64,000 nucleotides of DNA from Camelus ferus (Eukaryota), in assembly GCF_009834535.1 (NCBI RefSeq), contig NC_045705.1, positions 55,242,001-55,306,000 of the forward strand, read 5' to 3'. The notes under the pieces were generated by a model, which saw only the letters and a program-made list of their open reading frames with translations, made no database searches and was not told where the DNA came from. A program made the translations under genes and the position numbers. Positions 23,201-33,719 of the stretch are shown piece after piece. Every line of letters starts with the position of its first letter. Position 1 is the first letter of the stretch.

Positions 23201-26200
23201 ATGGCATTTATTCTGGCTCTGGCACCATTTTTGTTTCCTTCTTTTCTTACAAATAATTGAGGTTCTCTGGGTCCTTGTGTTAAAAATAGAAGTTCTTGGA
23301 TCACTGAAGATTCCAGAAAACTGCTCTAGATAATTGAGGAACCTAGTTGTAGGGTTCCAGGTAGGTGAGGCTCTGAAAGAGCGATGATTTGTATAGTTGA
23401 GGTTTCTGAGTAGCTGAGTCAGTGTATATATGAGATACTGTAGACTCACTCTGACTTGACCAATGTTTCTGAACTAAGTGTACACTTTAAAATTTGAAAA
23501 TAACAACTGCAACAACAAATTCTAAGCTCTGCCTTAGATCTCTTGAGTTATAATCTTTGGGAGTAGGCCTAAGGCATATGTGCTTTTACGGTGTTCCAAA
23601 ATGTGATATGATACATGCCTTGGATTAAGAATTTTGGTGTAAACCAATAGGGAGTAGGTGTCAAAGTTTTAATTTTACAAAACTAAAATTTTAATTCTCA
23701 TCATGCTGAAGTCAGACCATGGTCTTAAATCTGGCCTCTTGGAATGTCCTGTTTGTGTTTTGGGAACATTGATTTCCTTCTTAGGGTTGATTTTTTTTTT
23801 TTCCCTCTCTGCTGGGCTCTGTCCATCTTGTTTTTGTCTTAATCTTATCCTGACTTCTTTGATTTTCCCTCATTGTGTAGTTTTTATTTCTGTTAGTGTC
23901 ACATTTGGTCCTCTGGTCTCAGGAGCCTTTCATGTTCCTGGGGTATTTCTTCTTTGTTCCCGGTTCTTAGAGGAGCCAGGTCTCTTCTGATTTCAGGATG
24001 CCATGGTAAACATGCAGATGCTTTCCTTTCCCCTGTTTGGTCCTTTTAAGCTGGGTTCTGTTGGCCTGTGTAACTGCTGTAGCCTGTCTTTTGTGGCTTC
24101 GGGTGAATCATGTTGGCCACCCAGTCTGAGTGCTTGAGTATCTGTATTACTTTCCTATTGCTGTCATAACAAATTGCTACAAACATAGTAGCTTAAAACA
24201 ACATAGATTTATTATCTTACAGTTCTGTAAGTCACATATCTGATATGGACCTCACTCCGCTAGAATCAGTGTCAGCAGGGCTGTGTCCTTTCTTGAGGCT
24301 CTAAGAGAAAATCTGTTTCCTTGCTCAGTTGGGTCACCGGTGGAACTTATTTCATTGTAGTTACAGGACTGAGATTCCTGTTTTCTTGCTGGCTGTCAGC
24401 TGAGGACCATTCCCAGCTTCTAGAGTCCAACCAAATCCTTGGCCTGTGACCCCTTCTTCCATCTTCAGAGCCATCAGTGGATGATCAAGCCCCTCTCATG
24501 CTTCAAATCTCTCATCCTTTTTGACCCATCTGGAAGAGGTTTTCTGCTTTTAAAGACTTACGTGATTTGATTGCACACCTGGATAATCCGGGATACTCTC
24601 TCCATCTCAAATTCCATAACCTTAATCATACCTGCAAAGTCCCTTCTGCCATGTAAGATGAAATATTTACAGGTTCTAGAGATTAGGACCTGGACGTCTG
24701 AGGCGGGCAGTTTTTCTGCCTATCACACAGCCGTGTAGTGAGTCTGAATGTTTTCATTGCTAGTAAAATTGGTCATTTAGGATAAACCTCCTGAACATCC
24801 ATCCTGTCCAAAATGTGAACTATCTCATCTCTTTCCCACTATGATTGGCTTTTACAGTTGTTTTGTAAATGACGTGCAGGTGGTGCCCTAGACTAAGACC
24901 CAGTAGTTGTCTTCAGGGAGCTCCAGGCATACTTGCCACCAGGGAAGTATAGAGAAAGTGCTGTGGGGATTCAGAGGAGTGAGGGAGAGCCTACGTGTGC
25001 CTGTTCTCTTTTTACTTTTCAAAAACAAAAGATTTCTCCTGTTCTGGACCCACCTTATTTTTTCCTTTTCCCGTCAGCTGCCCTTGAACTTTTCTTTATC
25101 CTACCATCTGAGAAATACAGTGGTGTTGGAGAGGTGACTCAGACTCCATGTTCACAGCCCCGCCCACTTCCCAGCTGGGATTCTTCCAGGTTCTCTCTGG
25201 TTTCTCATTGGTAGGCCTTCAGTTACTGTGCTGCTACAGTCTGCAGACAGGCATTCGCCTAGTTATCCTGCTGCTGTTGTCTCCTGTTAGTCGTTCATTC
25301 AGTCCCACTATTTCCTGGGGTCTCTTCGTGGGTATTCATTCCATTTAAGTATTGTTGGAATCTCTGCTGCCAGGAATATGTAGCCAGAGAGTCTGCTGAC
25401 ATGTGGTGGTCTATAGAAATACACTGAATTTGACACATGGTTCATTCCTCTCTGTGAAGAATAAAGTCTTGCCCACGAAGATCATGTGATCATTTATTCA
25501 CTATTTGAATGTTATGTGCCAGGCCCTGCGCATATTGTTGCTCCAGGAGTGATTGGTTGGGCCTAGGGTTGGGGGGTTCCCATTTGGTAAACATCTTGGA
25601 GGGTAGAGAGCTCTTATGGTGACTCCCTCCCTCCTCCCACACCCCCCAGCTCTGCATGGTCTCTCTGAGTCTCTTCAGGACCCTACTGAACCTCAGCTGT
25701 GAGGATGTCCTGCTGCAGCTGGTTCTCAGGTACCTGTGGGAGCAGGGCTGAGGGATGGCTGACCTGGAACCCTCAGGGCCCTTGTGCATTGCTGGGGCGA
25801 TGGGTTTTATTGGGGTTGCTCATATGTTTCTTCCTGAAGCCTGGCTTAGCCATGTAGTTCTACTGATGTTCTCCCAAGCCCTGTCCTTCCTTCCTGATCT
25901 ACCCTGTGTCCCTTTTCTGCTGCCTTTCCCAGGTATCTTGTCCCATGTAACCATGTGATGCTGAGCCAGAAACCAGCTGTGCGTGATGTGGACCTATATG
26001 GACGAGCAGCAGACAAGTTTCTCTCCCTAATCCCACGCTGTTGTCGGCACCGTGCCTCCAGCCCACCCTGTCCAGAGCATGCCTCATGGGCACGAGGTGG
26101 GCCTAGCAGAGAGGCAGGGAGAAGGGAGGACACGACGGGTATGGCCTGGGTTCTGGGAGAGCCTCGCAAGAAGTAGGGGCTAGGGTGGGAGGAGGGAGGT

Positions 26201-29200
26201 AACCATGAGGGGCATTCCATCTTTGGGGAGGTCCATGAGGGGTGTTGTAGGGTGGATCCTTAATTCCACCAGAGAAATTCAGCTTCTCGAGCAAAGCTGT
26301 TCATCTTCTTCACTCCCATCCTGGACTATTCTGTTTCCATTGTTTCTTTGCTGTCAGTGGTGGTGAGAAGGGGTGGTAGATGAGTAAAAGTAAGTTTGGA
26401 GGGTGGAGAGTCAGCTGTCTGAATAGGTCCCATGTTTCTGCCGCTTCGTTGCCTTCTCTCTTAGTTACCCTAGCTGTCTTATGCTTCCTCCCGCACCTCT
26501 GTCTCTTGGATCCTTCTTATGTTTTTTCCCCTCTGCAGGACCTGGAAGCCCAAGTGTTGACTCCTCTTCTGCAGTGACAGTGCCCCGTCCCTCCACGCCG
26601 TCTCGTCTGGCCCTCTTCCTGCGACAGCAGAGCCTGGGTGGCTCCGAGTCCCCAGCCCCAGCCCCTCGCTCACCAGGGCTTGCTGCATCCCCAGCCTCCA
26701 GCCCCGGCCGACGGCCCAGCCCCGCAGAGGAGCCTGGTGAGCTGGAAGACAATTACCTGGAGTATCTGCGTGAGGCGCGCCGTGGTGTGGACCACTGTGT
26801 CCAAGCCTGCCGTACCTGGTCTGCCCCCTATGATGGCGAGCGGCCCCCTCCTGAGCCCAGTCCCATTGGCTCCCGGACTAAGAAACGCAGCCTACTGCCT
26901 GAGGAGGACAGGGACAATGCGGGGGAAGGGGAGGAGGAAGAGCTGGGGAGTGGGGGGCTGGCTGGGGGGGGAAGAGAGGGCCCCGGCCACCTGCCCCCTC
27001 CCCAGCTCAATGGGGTGCCAGGACCGTGGCCTGAGGGGGCCAAGAAGGTTCGTCGGGTGCCACAGGAGGGAGCTGGGGGACTGCTAGAGGGCATCTCCGA
27101 GGGCATGGCAGGACTGGAGGGCTTTGGGCAGGAGCTCCGGGAGCTGGAGGTGGCATTGAGCAATGGGGGTGCTGGCTCAGAGCCCCCCCTAGAGNNNNNN
27201 NNNNNNNNNNNNNNNNNNNNNNNNNNNNNNNNNNNNNNNNNNNNNNNNNNNNNNNNNNNNNNNNNNNNNNNNNNNNNNNNNNNNNNNNNNNNNNNNNNNN
27301 NNNNNNNNNNNNNNNNNNNNNNNNNNNNNNNNNNNNNNNNNNNNNNNNNNGTACCCTTTGCATGTTCTTGATGTGTTTGTGCTGGTTTCTGAGACCAGTT
27401 CTTGGCCATGTCATTCCTCTGTACTTGCCTAGCTCCTCATCCATTTTGCTTGGGTCCCCTCCAGATCCATATCATGTCATACTTGTGTCTCTGTGTCTGT
27501 CTGTACATCTTCCATGCTTGTGCTGGTTCGAGTATTGCCTTATGACTAAGCTTTGTATATCTGTCCTATGTGCATGTTCCTCCTCTTCCCCAGTCTGGCC
27601 ATTTCCTGGGATGTGTGATCGGATTATTATGTGTTTGGTGTTTCTGGTAAATCACAGCGATATATGTGGAAGACATATGTGCTGTCCTGTATGTCCTATA
27701 AACCATGCTGTTCCATGCTGTTCCCACCAGTCTACCTGTCTGGGTGTTGGGTCTCCTCTCAGTTCTTCAGTGAACCAGGGTCAGCTGTCTGGTGTTCTTC
27801 CCCCTCCTCAGCTCTGGCCTCCTTCTTCTCAGCCTCTTCAAAGAAGGACTCAATTTCAGGTTTCTCCTGTTCCCTGTCCTTGTACCTTGTTACTTGCCAT
27901 GACTTCTCAGTAAGGCTTTCTTAAGGGTTTATGGTTAGTAGTAAGAACTAAGCAGGTAGAGTAAAATACCTCTGTCTGGATAAATTGGATCAGTGAAATA
28001 CATCTGTCAGGGCAAATGACAAAGCATGGCCCTGAGCCCCTTGGCTAAGTTCTTTTTGCCTCTCTGAAAGACTCTAGAACTCCACCTGGCCTGAGTGGTT
28101 GGGTTAACTGCTCTTTGTTTTTGTTTGAGAGCCAGCTTTACCCAGCCCAGCCCTCACGCTGGCTGGGCATTGGGGGGAGGGGGCACTTTTGGGAAGCAGT
28201 GTAGTGCTTTGGACTACACATTCCTTGAGTTAGCATACCATCTATGTCACTGATGCATGTAAATCACTTCCTTGTGATGCTGGTACGTTGTGAGAAGTCA
28301 GCACATGGTAGCTTTTTACTAGGATTATCATCTCTTGGATGCATGACAGATACAAGTCGGCCAAGGCAACCACCCATCTTCCTGTTGTTCGTAGTCAAGT
28401 TATCATGCCTTGATCAATACGTGTCCTAACTGGGCCTGGGATATGCTGCATCCTGCATGTACAGCATCAGACCTTCGGCTTGGGAGTTGTGACAACTCCC
28501 TCTTACAGACTGCGTGAAATATCTCTTTCCCTTTATTTAGTCTCTGCTCTCTCCTGCTGTATCTCATTAGAAGGCAGTGTGCCGGTTTTACCACATTCTC
28601 GAAGCATTAATTAAAGCTCCCTCCTTTTTCTTCTTTGTAAACTCATCTGAGCCTTTTCTCTTACAAGAAAGTCCCAGGAAACGAGAAGGACCAAGTTATG
28701 GGATATCTTAGGACCCTGCTGAGCTAGAGTTGTTTAAGAGCTAAAGCTAGTCCTGTGCGTAGGGAATGGAGAATGTTCTAGGATCTTTTTCAGGATTTGG
28801 TGTCCCTTGCTTGTCAGTGTTCTCCTGCCTCAAGTCATAGTGCAGTTCCTAGGCACACTCCCTTCTCCCACCAGACCCCTGACCAGACAGGCTGTGATGG
28901 TTCCAGAGTCCTGGTGCTGGTGATCTGGCTCAGTTGAGGCTAGTTCTTCTAGAACATCATTCTCATCTCTTCTGTTATCTTCTTCCCGATTAAGGAGTCT
29001 TCCCTGAAACAGTGTTTGGCCCTGAACTAGGCTCCCTCTACTATAGATTCTGTTCCACTGTCTTGGCTCCCAGTTCCTTCACAGACCCGATCGCTCCTCT
29101 GACTTTAAGCCGGCCGATATCATCGCCTTCTTTGCCTTTGCTGCACTTGCTTCTTGCTTTCTTTCTGACCCAGGTCTAGCATTATCCTCTGTCTCGTGTG

Positions 29201-32200
29201 TAGCCTGATTTCTTCTTTTGGCCCTAATCACTTTCTTACTTGTTCTTTCTTCACTTGTCCTCTTGGGTGAAGCTTTTTAAAAAAACTGAGAAATATATAG
29301 CTTATAGTTATTAAATATTTATGATTTGTTAGATTTTGGCCTAAATGCTGTATATCAATACCTCTTTGATTCTCTTAATAATCTTATGAGGTGGGTATAT
29401 TTTCTTCTTTTACCAAATAGTAAACTATGCTTGGAGAGTTTTGATTCATCTAGTAACTTAACGGTAAACGGTAAAGCTAACATTTGAAAACTAGGTCTTT
29501 CTGATTCCAGAGCCTATGGTCTGGCCCTTCAGCTCAGATGTGTATAAAGGTGGCCTCTGGACCTCTTGTGGGTCCCTGTGGTATCTGCCATTTTATCTCC
29601 TCCAGAATAGGTGGTCACGGATATTTAAACCTACCCAGAGACTGACATACAAATAATTTTCATCTGGTTGGTGGTGGGGGGTCTCTTGTTTTTGGGAGGA
29701 ATGAGTGTGACGTGCATTGTGTTCAGGCCTTGTATCCTNNNNNNNNNNNNNNNNNNNNNNNNNNNNNNNNNNNNNNNNNNNNNNNNNNNNNNNNNNNNNN
29801 NNNNNNNNNNNNNNNNNNNNNNNNNNNNNNNNNNNNNNNNNNNNNNNNNNNNNNNNNNNNNNNNNNNNNNNNNNNNNNNNNNNNNNNNNNNNNNNNNNNN
29901 NNNNNNNNNNNNNNNNNNNNNNNNNNNNNNNNNNNNNNNNNNNNNNNNNNNNNNNNNNNNNNNNNNNNNNNNNNNNNNNNNNGCCCGCAGCTGGAGTGGC
30001 CGTGGGGGTGCTGGGAACAAGATCAATGGACTAGAAGGGACTGTGTCAGTCTAGAGCCACCCAGAAATGTCATGAAGTTGTGCTTCATAGGTGCTGGGCT
30101 CTGTGAAGAATAAGATTGAGAGCTTTGCAGCCTCGCAGGAGGACTTCCCAGCATTGCTGTCCAAAGCCAAGAAGTACCTCATTGCCCGTGGCAAGTTGGA
30201 TTGGACTGAGGGCCCTCCAGCAGGACCTGCCCCCCGCCGCTCTGATTCCCTAGGTGAGGCCTACCCTGCCACCCACTCCCTGTCTTCCATGGACAACTAA
30301 TTAGCTTAGGTTCATTGAGTTCCTGTTAAAGTTGATGCCTTGTGCCAGGAACCAGGGAGTTGCAGCAAGTGGAGTCTTGATTTTGTCCTCAGGCTTCTGG
30401 TCAGAGGATAAAACATAGTTCTGTCCACCAAGAGCCAAAGCAGTAGTATCAACAAAACTACTCTAGAAGTGGGGGACAGTCAAGGGAACAGAATCGTCTC
30501 TAGGTTGAGATAGTGTTACAGCTTGGTAAAGGACATGGCATTTGATGTGGGTCTTGGGGGATGGATAGGACTTGGGTAGGCAAAGGAGTGGGATGGCTTT
30601 ATTCTTTTTTTTTAGGGAATAACATGAACTGTTAGTTGGAGCAGGGGATTTAGAAGGTGGTGGAACATTGGTAGTAAGACTGGAAAGGTTTGACCAGAGC
30701 AGAAGGTTCTCAGAGTAGAAGTTGAGCTGGATAGAAGTTACAAATTTTTAGGCAGAGAGAAACCACTGGGGGTTCTTAGATCTGGGAGTGGAGAGAGAAG
30801 TATGCCAGTTCATGTGCTGGGTGTGTTGGAGCTAGGAGAAAATGGAGTTAGGAGAGCAATTGGGAGGCTTCTGTCATATTGCAGGTGTGACCTGTAAGGC
30901 TTGAATTAGAACTTGGAAATAGAAAGGAAGAATGTGATATGGTGGAAATGGGAAGGAAGTGTAGGCAGAGTTTGATGAGTGGTTATGAAGTATAAGGAAG
31001 AAGGAAGAGTTAAATAAGGCTGTGAAGTTTTAAATCTATCTTTCATCAACAAGTATCTGCACACCTGCCAAGTGTACTAGGTGTTGTCTTTAGTACAGGG
31101 GGCTCGGGGAGGTACAAGATGAGATCGTTGCTTTCAAAGAGCTGATAGTCTCTACAGTGATTGGAGGGTTGTCATAACTGAGGGAGCAAAGTCTTAAAGG
31201 TGGTGGGAGTAAATGAGATCCAGAGCCCTAGGAAGGGATTGACATTGGACAGGAAAAGGTGGTTTTTTTTAACCTTCTTTGAGGCAGATGAGGAGAGATC
31301 AAAGGAGGAAATGATATGTACCAGTGGAGATTTGGGGTGTGGAGGGGAAGCTTAGGGAATTGAAGTCATTCTTTATTTGGTAATCAGAGTAGGAGGCAAA
31401 AATAATTGGCTGAGCAAGAGAGCAGAGGTGAGATGGGAGCTTAAGGAGAAAAGTGTATATAAGTTGGAAAGAGAGGACCAGAAGGGCTATTATATAGCTG
31501 TGAAGACCCAGCTGAAGTTCCTTAGTATGAGTTTCTCACAGTCCAGTACTGTGAGTATTTCCTGCTTCCACTGTCCTGGTACGTGTTCACTGTGGGGGGC
31601 CCAGGAATATGAAGACAAATAAGACAGAGTCCAAGCCCTTAAGCTCACAGATTAGTGAAAGCGGTAGAAGACATGAGAACAAGTTACTACAATGCGGGGC
31701 AGTAAAATGGGAAGTTAGTGGAGGGCAAACTAGAGGTTTCACCGAGAGGTGGGGGTGGGGAAATTAGTCCAAGGATGAAAGTAGTGGGGAGAGCAAAATT
31801 AAGGCAGAAGGGGCTACAGAAGCATGAAAAGAGCCTGGAGAGTCCCAGGAAGAGAAGGTGGGTGTGGAGCCAAAGCAGGGGGTGCTGTAGAAAGTTGTGA
31901 GAAGAGGGTGGAGGAAGTGTGTGAACCTGGTTGGTAGGGGCCCTGAATGCTAAATTTAATAGATCTTTCTGGCATGTCTCTGCAGCCAGTTTTAGAGGTT
32001 GAGAATAGGAACCATGTCATGATCTAGAGACTGGATACCTAGAGTTTAGGGCCTAGACCTTGGGCATAGATCCAGGCAGAAAATTAGAGGCGAGAAGGCA
32101 GTATTTTAAATGGTTCACTTGAGTCTAAGCTGATGTGAAGTTGTCTGGCCACAACTGCTGGGAAGGTGGCTTTGGTGGATATAGGAGAGGGATTGCTGGA

Positions 32201-33104
32201 AGGTAAAGTTGTGGCACAGGAGAGTGGGTCTTGGAGGAACAGTCGTGTGTGGCAGATCTGATAAAGTCACTGAACTATGATTGCGTATGTGGCCCTGTGG
32301 GTACTGAAGGAGCAGGGGATGTGGGTCAGGTGTTACAGGTGGGGGAGAGAGGAAGTGTTTGACCCTAATTCAGGAGGGTGCTGGGAAGCAAGAGGTAAGG
32401 GCATGTTACAGACTGAGGAGAAGGAGCTTGGCCATGGTAGAATGGTGATTGGAAAGGGAGGAGCATTAAGAGAATTCCTCGTGGTGAAGGGGCCTGGAGA
32501 AGGAGGGGGTCTTGTCTGGGGATGAACGGCTGAAGTGTTGACTGACTAAAGACTGAGCATGGTGGTTGGCTGGCGGGGAGGCTGGACAGAGGGAAGAAAG
32601 CTGGGCAGGCAGCACTTTGGTGTAGGTCCTAGTCGAGAAGTCCATGAACCTGGAGGGGTACGGGGAAGTCTCCTCTCCCAGGCCAGGTGGGGGGGCACTT
32701 TGCCTGACCCAGCACCTTCACGACACTCCTGTTTGTTCCCAGTGAAGAGTCGGAGGCCGTCCTTGGGGGAGCTGCTCCTGCGGCACGCACACAGTCCAAC
32801 CAGGGCTCGGCAGGCGGCGCAGCTGGCTCTTCCGCCTGGGAGAGACGGCGCAGGACTTGGCCTAGGTGGGGGCTCCCCGGGGGCTTCAACGCCGGCCCTG
32901 CCCCACCGAGGCGGGGCCCCCGAGCGCCAAGGTGAGGCTCTGCGAGTCAAGAATGCTGTCTACTGTGCAGTCATTTTCCCTGAGTTTCTCAAGGAGCTGG
33001 CTGCCATCTCCCAGGCCCATGCTGTCACCTCGCCTTTCTTGTTGGATACTTCAGAGGAGGGATCTGGCCCTCCTGTCTCAGGCTTTGGGGCCCTCAATCC
33101 TTAA
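20089..33104 (+). CDS. FHIP1B: FHF complex subunit HOOK-interacting protein 1B (FAM160A2). join(20089..20226, 20356..20994, 21357..21515, 21707..21793, ~22003..22170, 25650..25729, 25933..26096 or 26138, 26539..~27318, [179-nt exon inside gap 29739..29981], 30091..30253, 32743..33104); inferred 972 or 986 aa
   Basis: MERMNWLSRLASRAPGHRVPQG...ETCLMVFKNHWSQ / VVRILERQGPRAAPGGADDLSAVRNH... / C-terminal KNAVYCAVIFPEFLKELAAI. Visible splice sites are GT/AG with consistent phases. Filling the gaps with recalled human exon lengths gives 2919 nt = 972 aa + stop. Confidence 0.96.
20356..20994 (+). CDS. FHIP1B: FHIP1B exon 3 (639 nt)
   Basis: ttctacag acceptor; donor CCG|GTCAGC. Confidence 0.96.
21357..21515 (+). 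CDS. FHIP1B: FHIP1B exon 4 (159 nt)
   Basis: VLATGLSALYSSLPRK...EFCNAVIQ; donor CAG|GTGGGA. Confidence 0.95.
21707..21793 (+). CDS. FHIP1B: FHIP1B exon 5 (87 nt)
   Basis: VAHPLVQKQLVDYIHNGFLVPVMGPALHK; donor AAG|GTGAGT. Confidence 0.95.
21990..22145. other. N gap (156 nt) covering most of FHIP1B exon 6
   Basis: Run of N; exon remainder resumes in frame after it. Confidence 0.95.
22003..22170 (+). CDS. FHIP1B: FHIP1B exon 6 (mostly inside N gap)
   Basis: Only the 3' end ARIGSNSR|GTATGG is visible; start inferred from the recalled 168-nt orthologous exon. Confidence 0.75.
24143..24725 (-). mobile_element. MaLR (MLT1-type) solo LTR
   Basis: tgtattactttcctattgctgtcataacaaattgctacaaacatagtagcttaaaacaacatagatttattatcttacagttctg...ccatgtaagatgaaatatttacaggttctagagattaggac. 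Confidence 0.85.
25650..25729 (+). CDS. FHIP1B: FHIP1B exon 7 (80 nt)
   Basis: LCMVSLSLFRTLLNLSCEDVLLQLVL; donor CAG|GTACCT. Confidence 0.93.
25933..26138 (+). CDS. FHIP1B: FHIP1B exon 8 (short donor after 26096; long donor after 26138 adds 14 aa)
   Basis: YLVPCNHVMLSQKPAVRDVDLYGRAADKFLSLIPRCC...HASWAR(GGPSREAGRREDTT); donors GAG|GTGGGC and CGG|GTATGG. Confidence 0.92.
26539..27318 (+). CDS. FHIP1B: FHIP1B exon 9 (3' end inside N gap; end inferred)
   Basis: GPGSPSVDSS...ELEDNYLEYLREARRGV...GSEPPLE, then Ns from 27195. Confidence 0.85.
27195..27350. other. N gap (156 nt) covering the 3' end of FHIP1B exon 9
   Basis: Run of N starting inside the ORF. Confidence 0.95.
29739..29981. other. N gap (243 nt) presumed to contain the whole of FHIP1B exon 10 (about 179 nt)
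   Basis: The expected peptide GPFMAVLFAKLENM...SVKSLLQ is found nowhere else between exons 9 and 11; the gap is long enough to hold it. Confidence 0.8.
30091..30253 (+). CDS. FHIP1B: FHIP1B exon 11 (163 nt)
   Basis: VLGSVKNKIESFAASQEDFPALLSKAKKYLIARGKL...; donor TAG|GTGAGG. Confidence 0.95.
32743..33104 (+). CDS. FHIP1B: FHIP1B exon 12, coding part to TAA
   Basis: gtttgttcccag acceptor; KSRRPSLGELLLRH...GFGALNP*. Confidence 0.95.
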
Positions 33105-33247
33105 CTTTCTTCCATGGACAATCAGGGCCTTGAGTGGCCTGGGCTGGGGGCCAGGGTGTAGGCTCCTTTTTATGTTTGGAGGCAGTGGCGAGAGGACTTT
33201 TTAATTTATTTCTGATGAATGTTTTCTGGAGAACTTGTTGCAATACG

Positions 33248-33253
33248 TATAAA
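33248..33253 (+). terminator. Possible non-canonical FHIP1B poly(A) signal TATAAA
   Basis: I see no AATAAA/ATTAAA on + before the C11orf42 3' end; TATAAA is followed by a U/C-rich tract. Confidence 0.3.
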
Positions 33254-33520
33254 AGGGAAATCTCTATTCTGTGCTCATTCTTCCTTCCCTCCCTTTTTCT
33301 ATGGGGCCGGGGCTCCAAGAAAGTTGTACATAGATGGGGAAGTGGTCAGGGTACTTTCTCTCTGGTGAGGATCAGATACCAAGTTTCAAGGCACTTCCTA
33401 CGCCTTTAGAGGGTGAGGGGACATGAAACCTAGGGAAGAAATGTGGGCCTTTCCTCCTCCAGACCCCCACAGGAAGAAGCAGCATGGGCCTAGGATGGTT
33501 TGGGGGAGCAGCAGCTGATG

Positions 33521-33526
33521 TTTATT
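33521..33526 (-). terminator. C11orf42 polyadenylation signal AATAAA
   Basis: tttatt on +, about 63 nt past the stop. Confidence 0.8.
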
Positions 33527-33588
33527 GGGGACCAGTGTCCCTATGTCAGATCTTGGGGGCCTCGCCCCCTGCATCTCTTGCCTCAGCT

Positions 33589-33719
33589 TCATTCGTCGCT
33601 GTCGAACTCCGAGGACAGACCCTGCAGCAGGGGCAGGGACATGGAGTGCCGGTCGGGGTCCCCGGGGCCCCCACCCTGGGCTCCTGGTGGGGGGCTGCGG
33701 GGGCTGAAGAGCCAGTTCT
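33589..33719 (-). CDS. C11orf42: C11orf42 exon 3, coding part (131 nt)
   Basis: ggcag acceptor; TGA at 33591-33589. Confidence 0.92.

Noticed and set aside
28571-28694. Possible neural microexons (after tctgctctctcctgctgtatctcattag, and a 27-nt segment 28668..28694)
   Set aside because: Acceptor contexts are suggestive (UGC motifs) but all candidate donors are weak; not supportable without RNA data.
21884-30113. ORFs containing long X runs (also at 50.7-51.2 kb and 63.0-63.6 kb)
   Set aside because: Artefacts of translating through N gaps.
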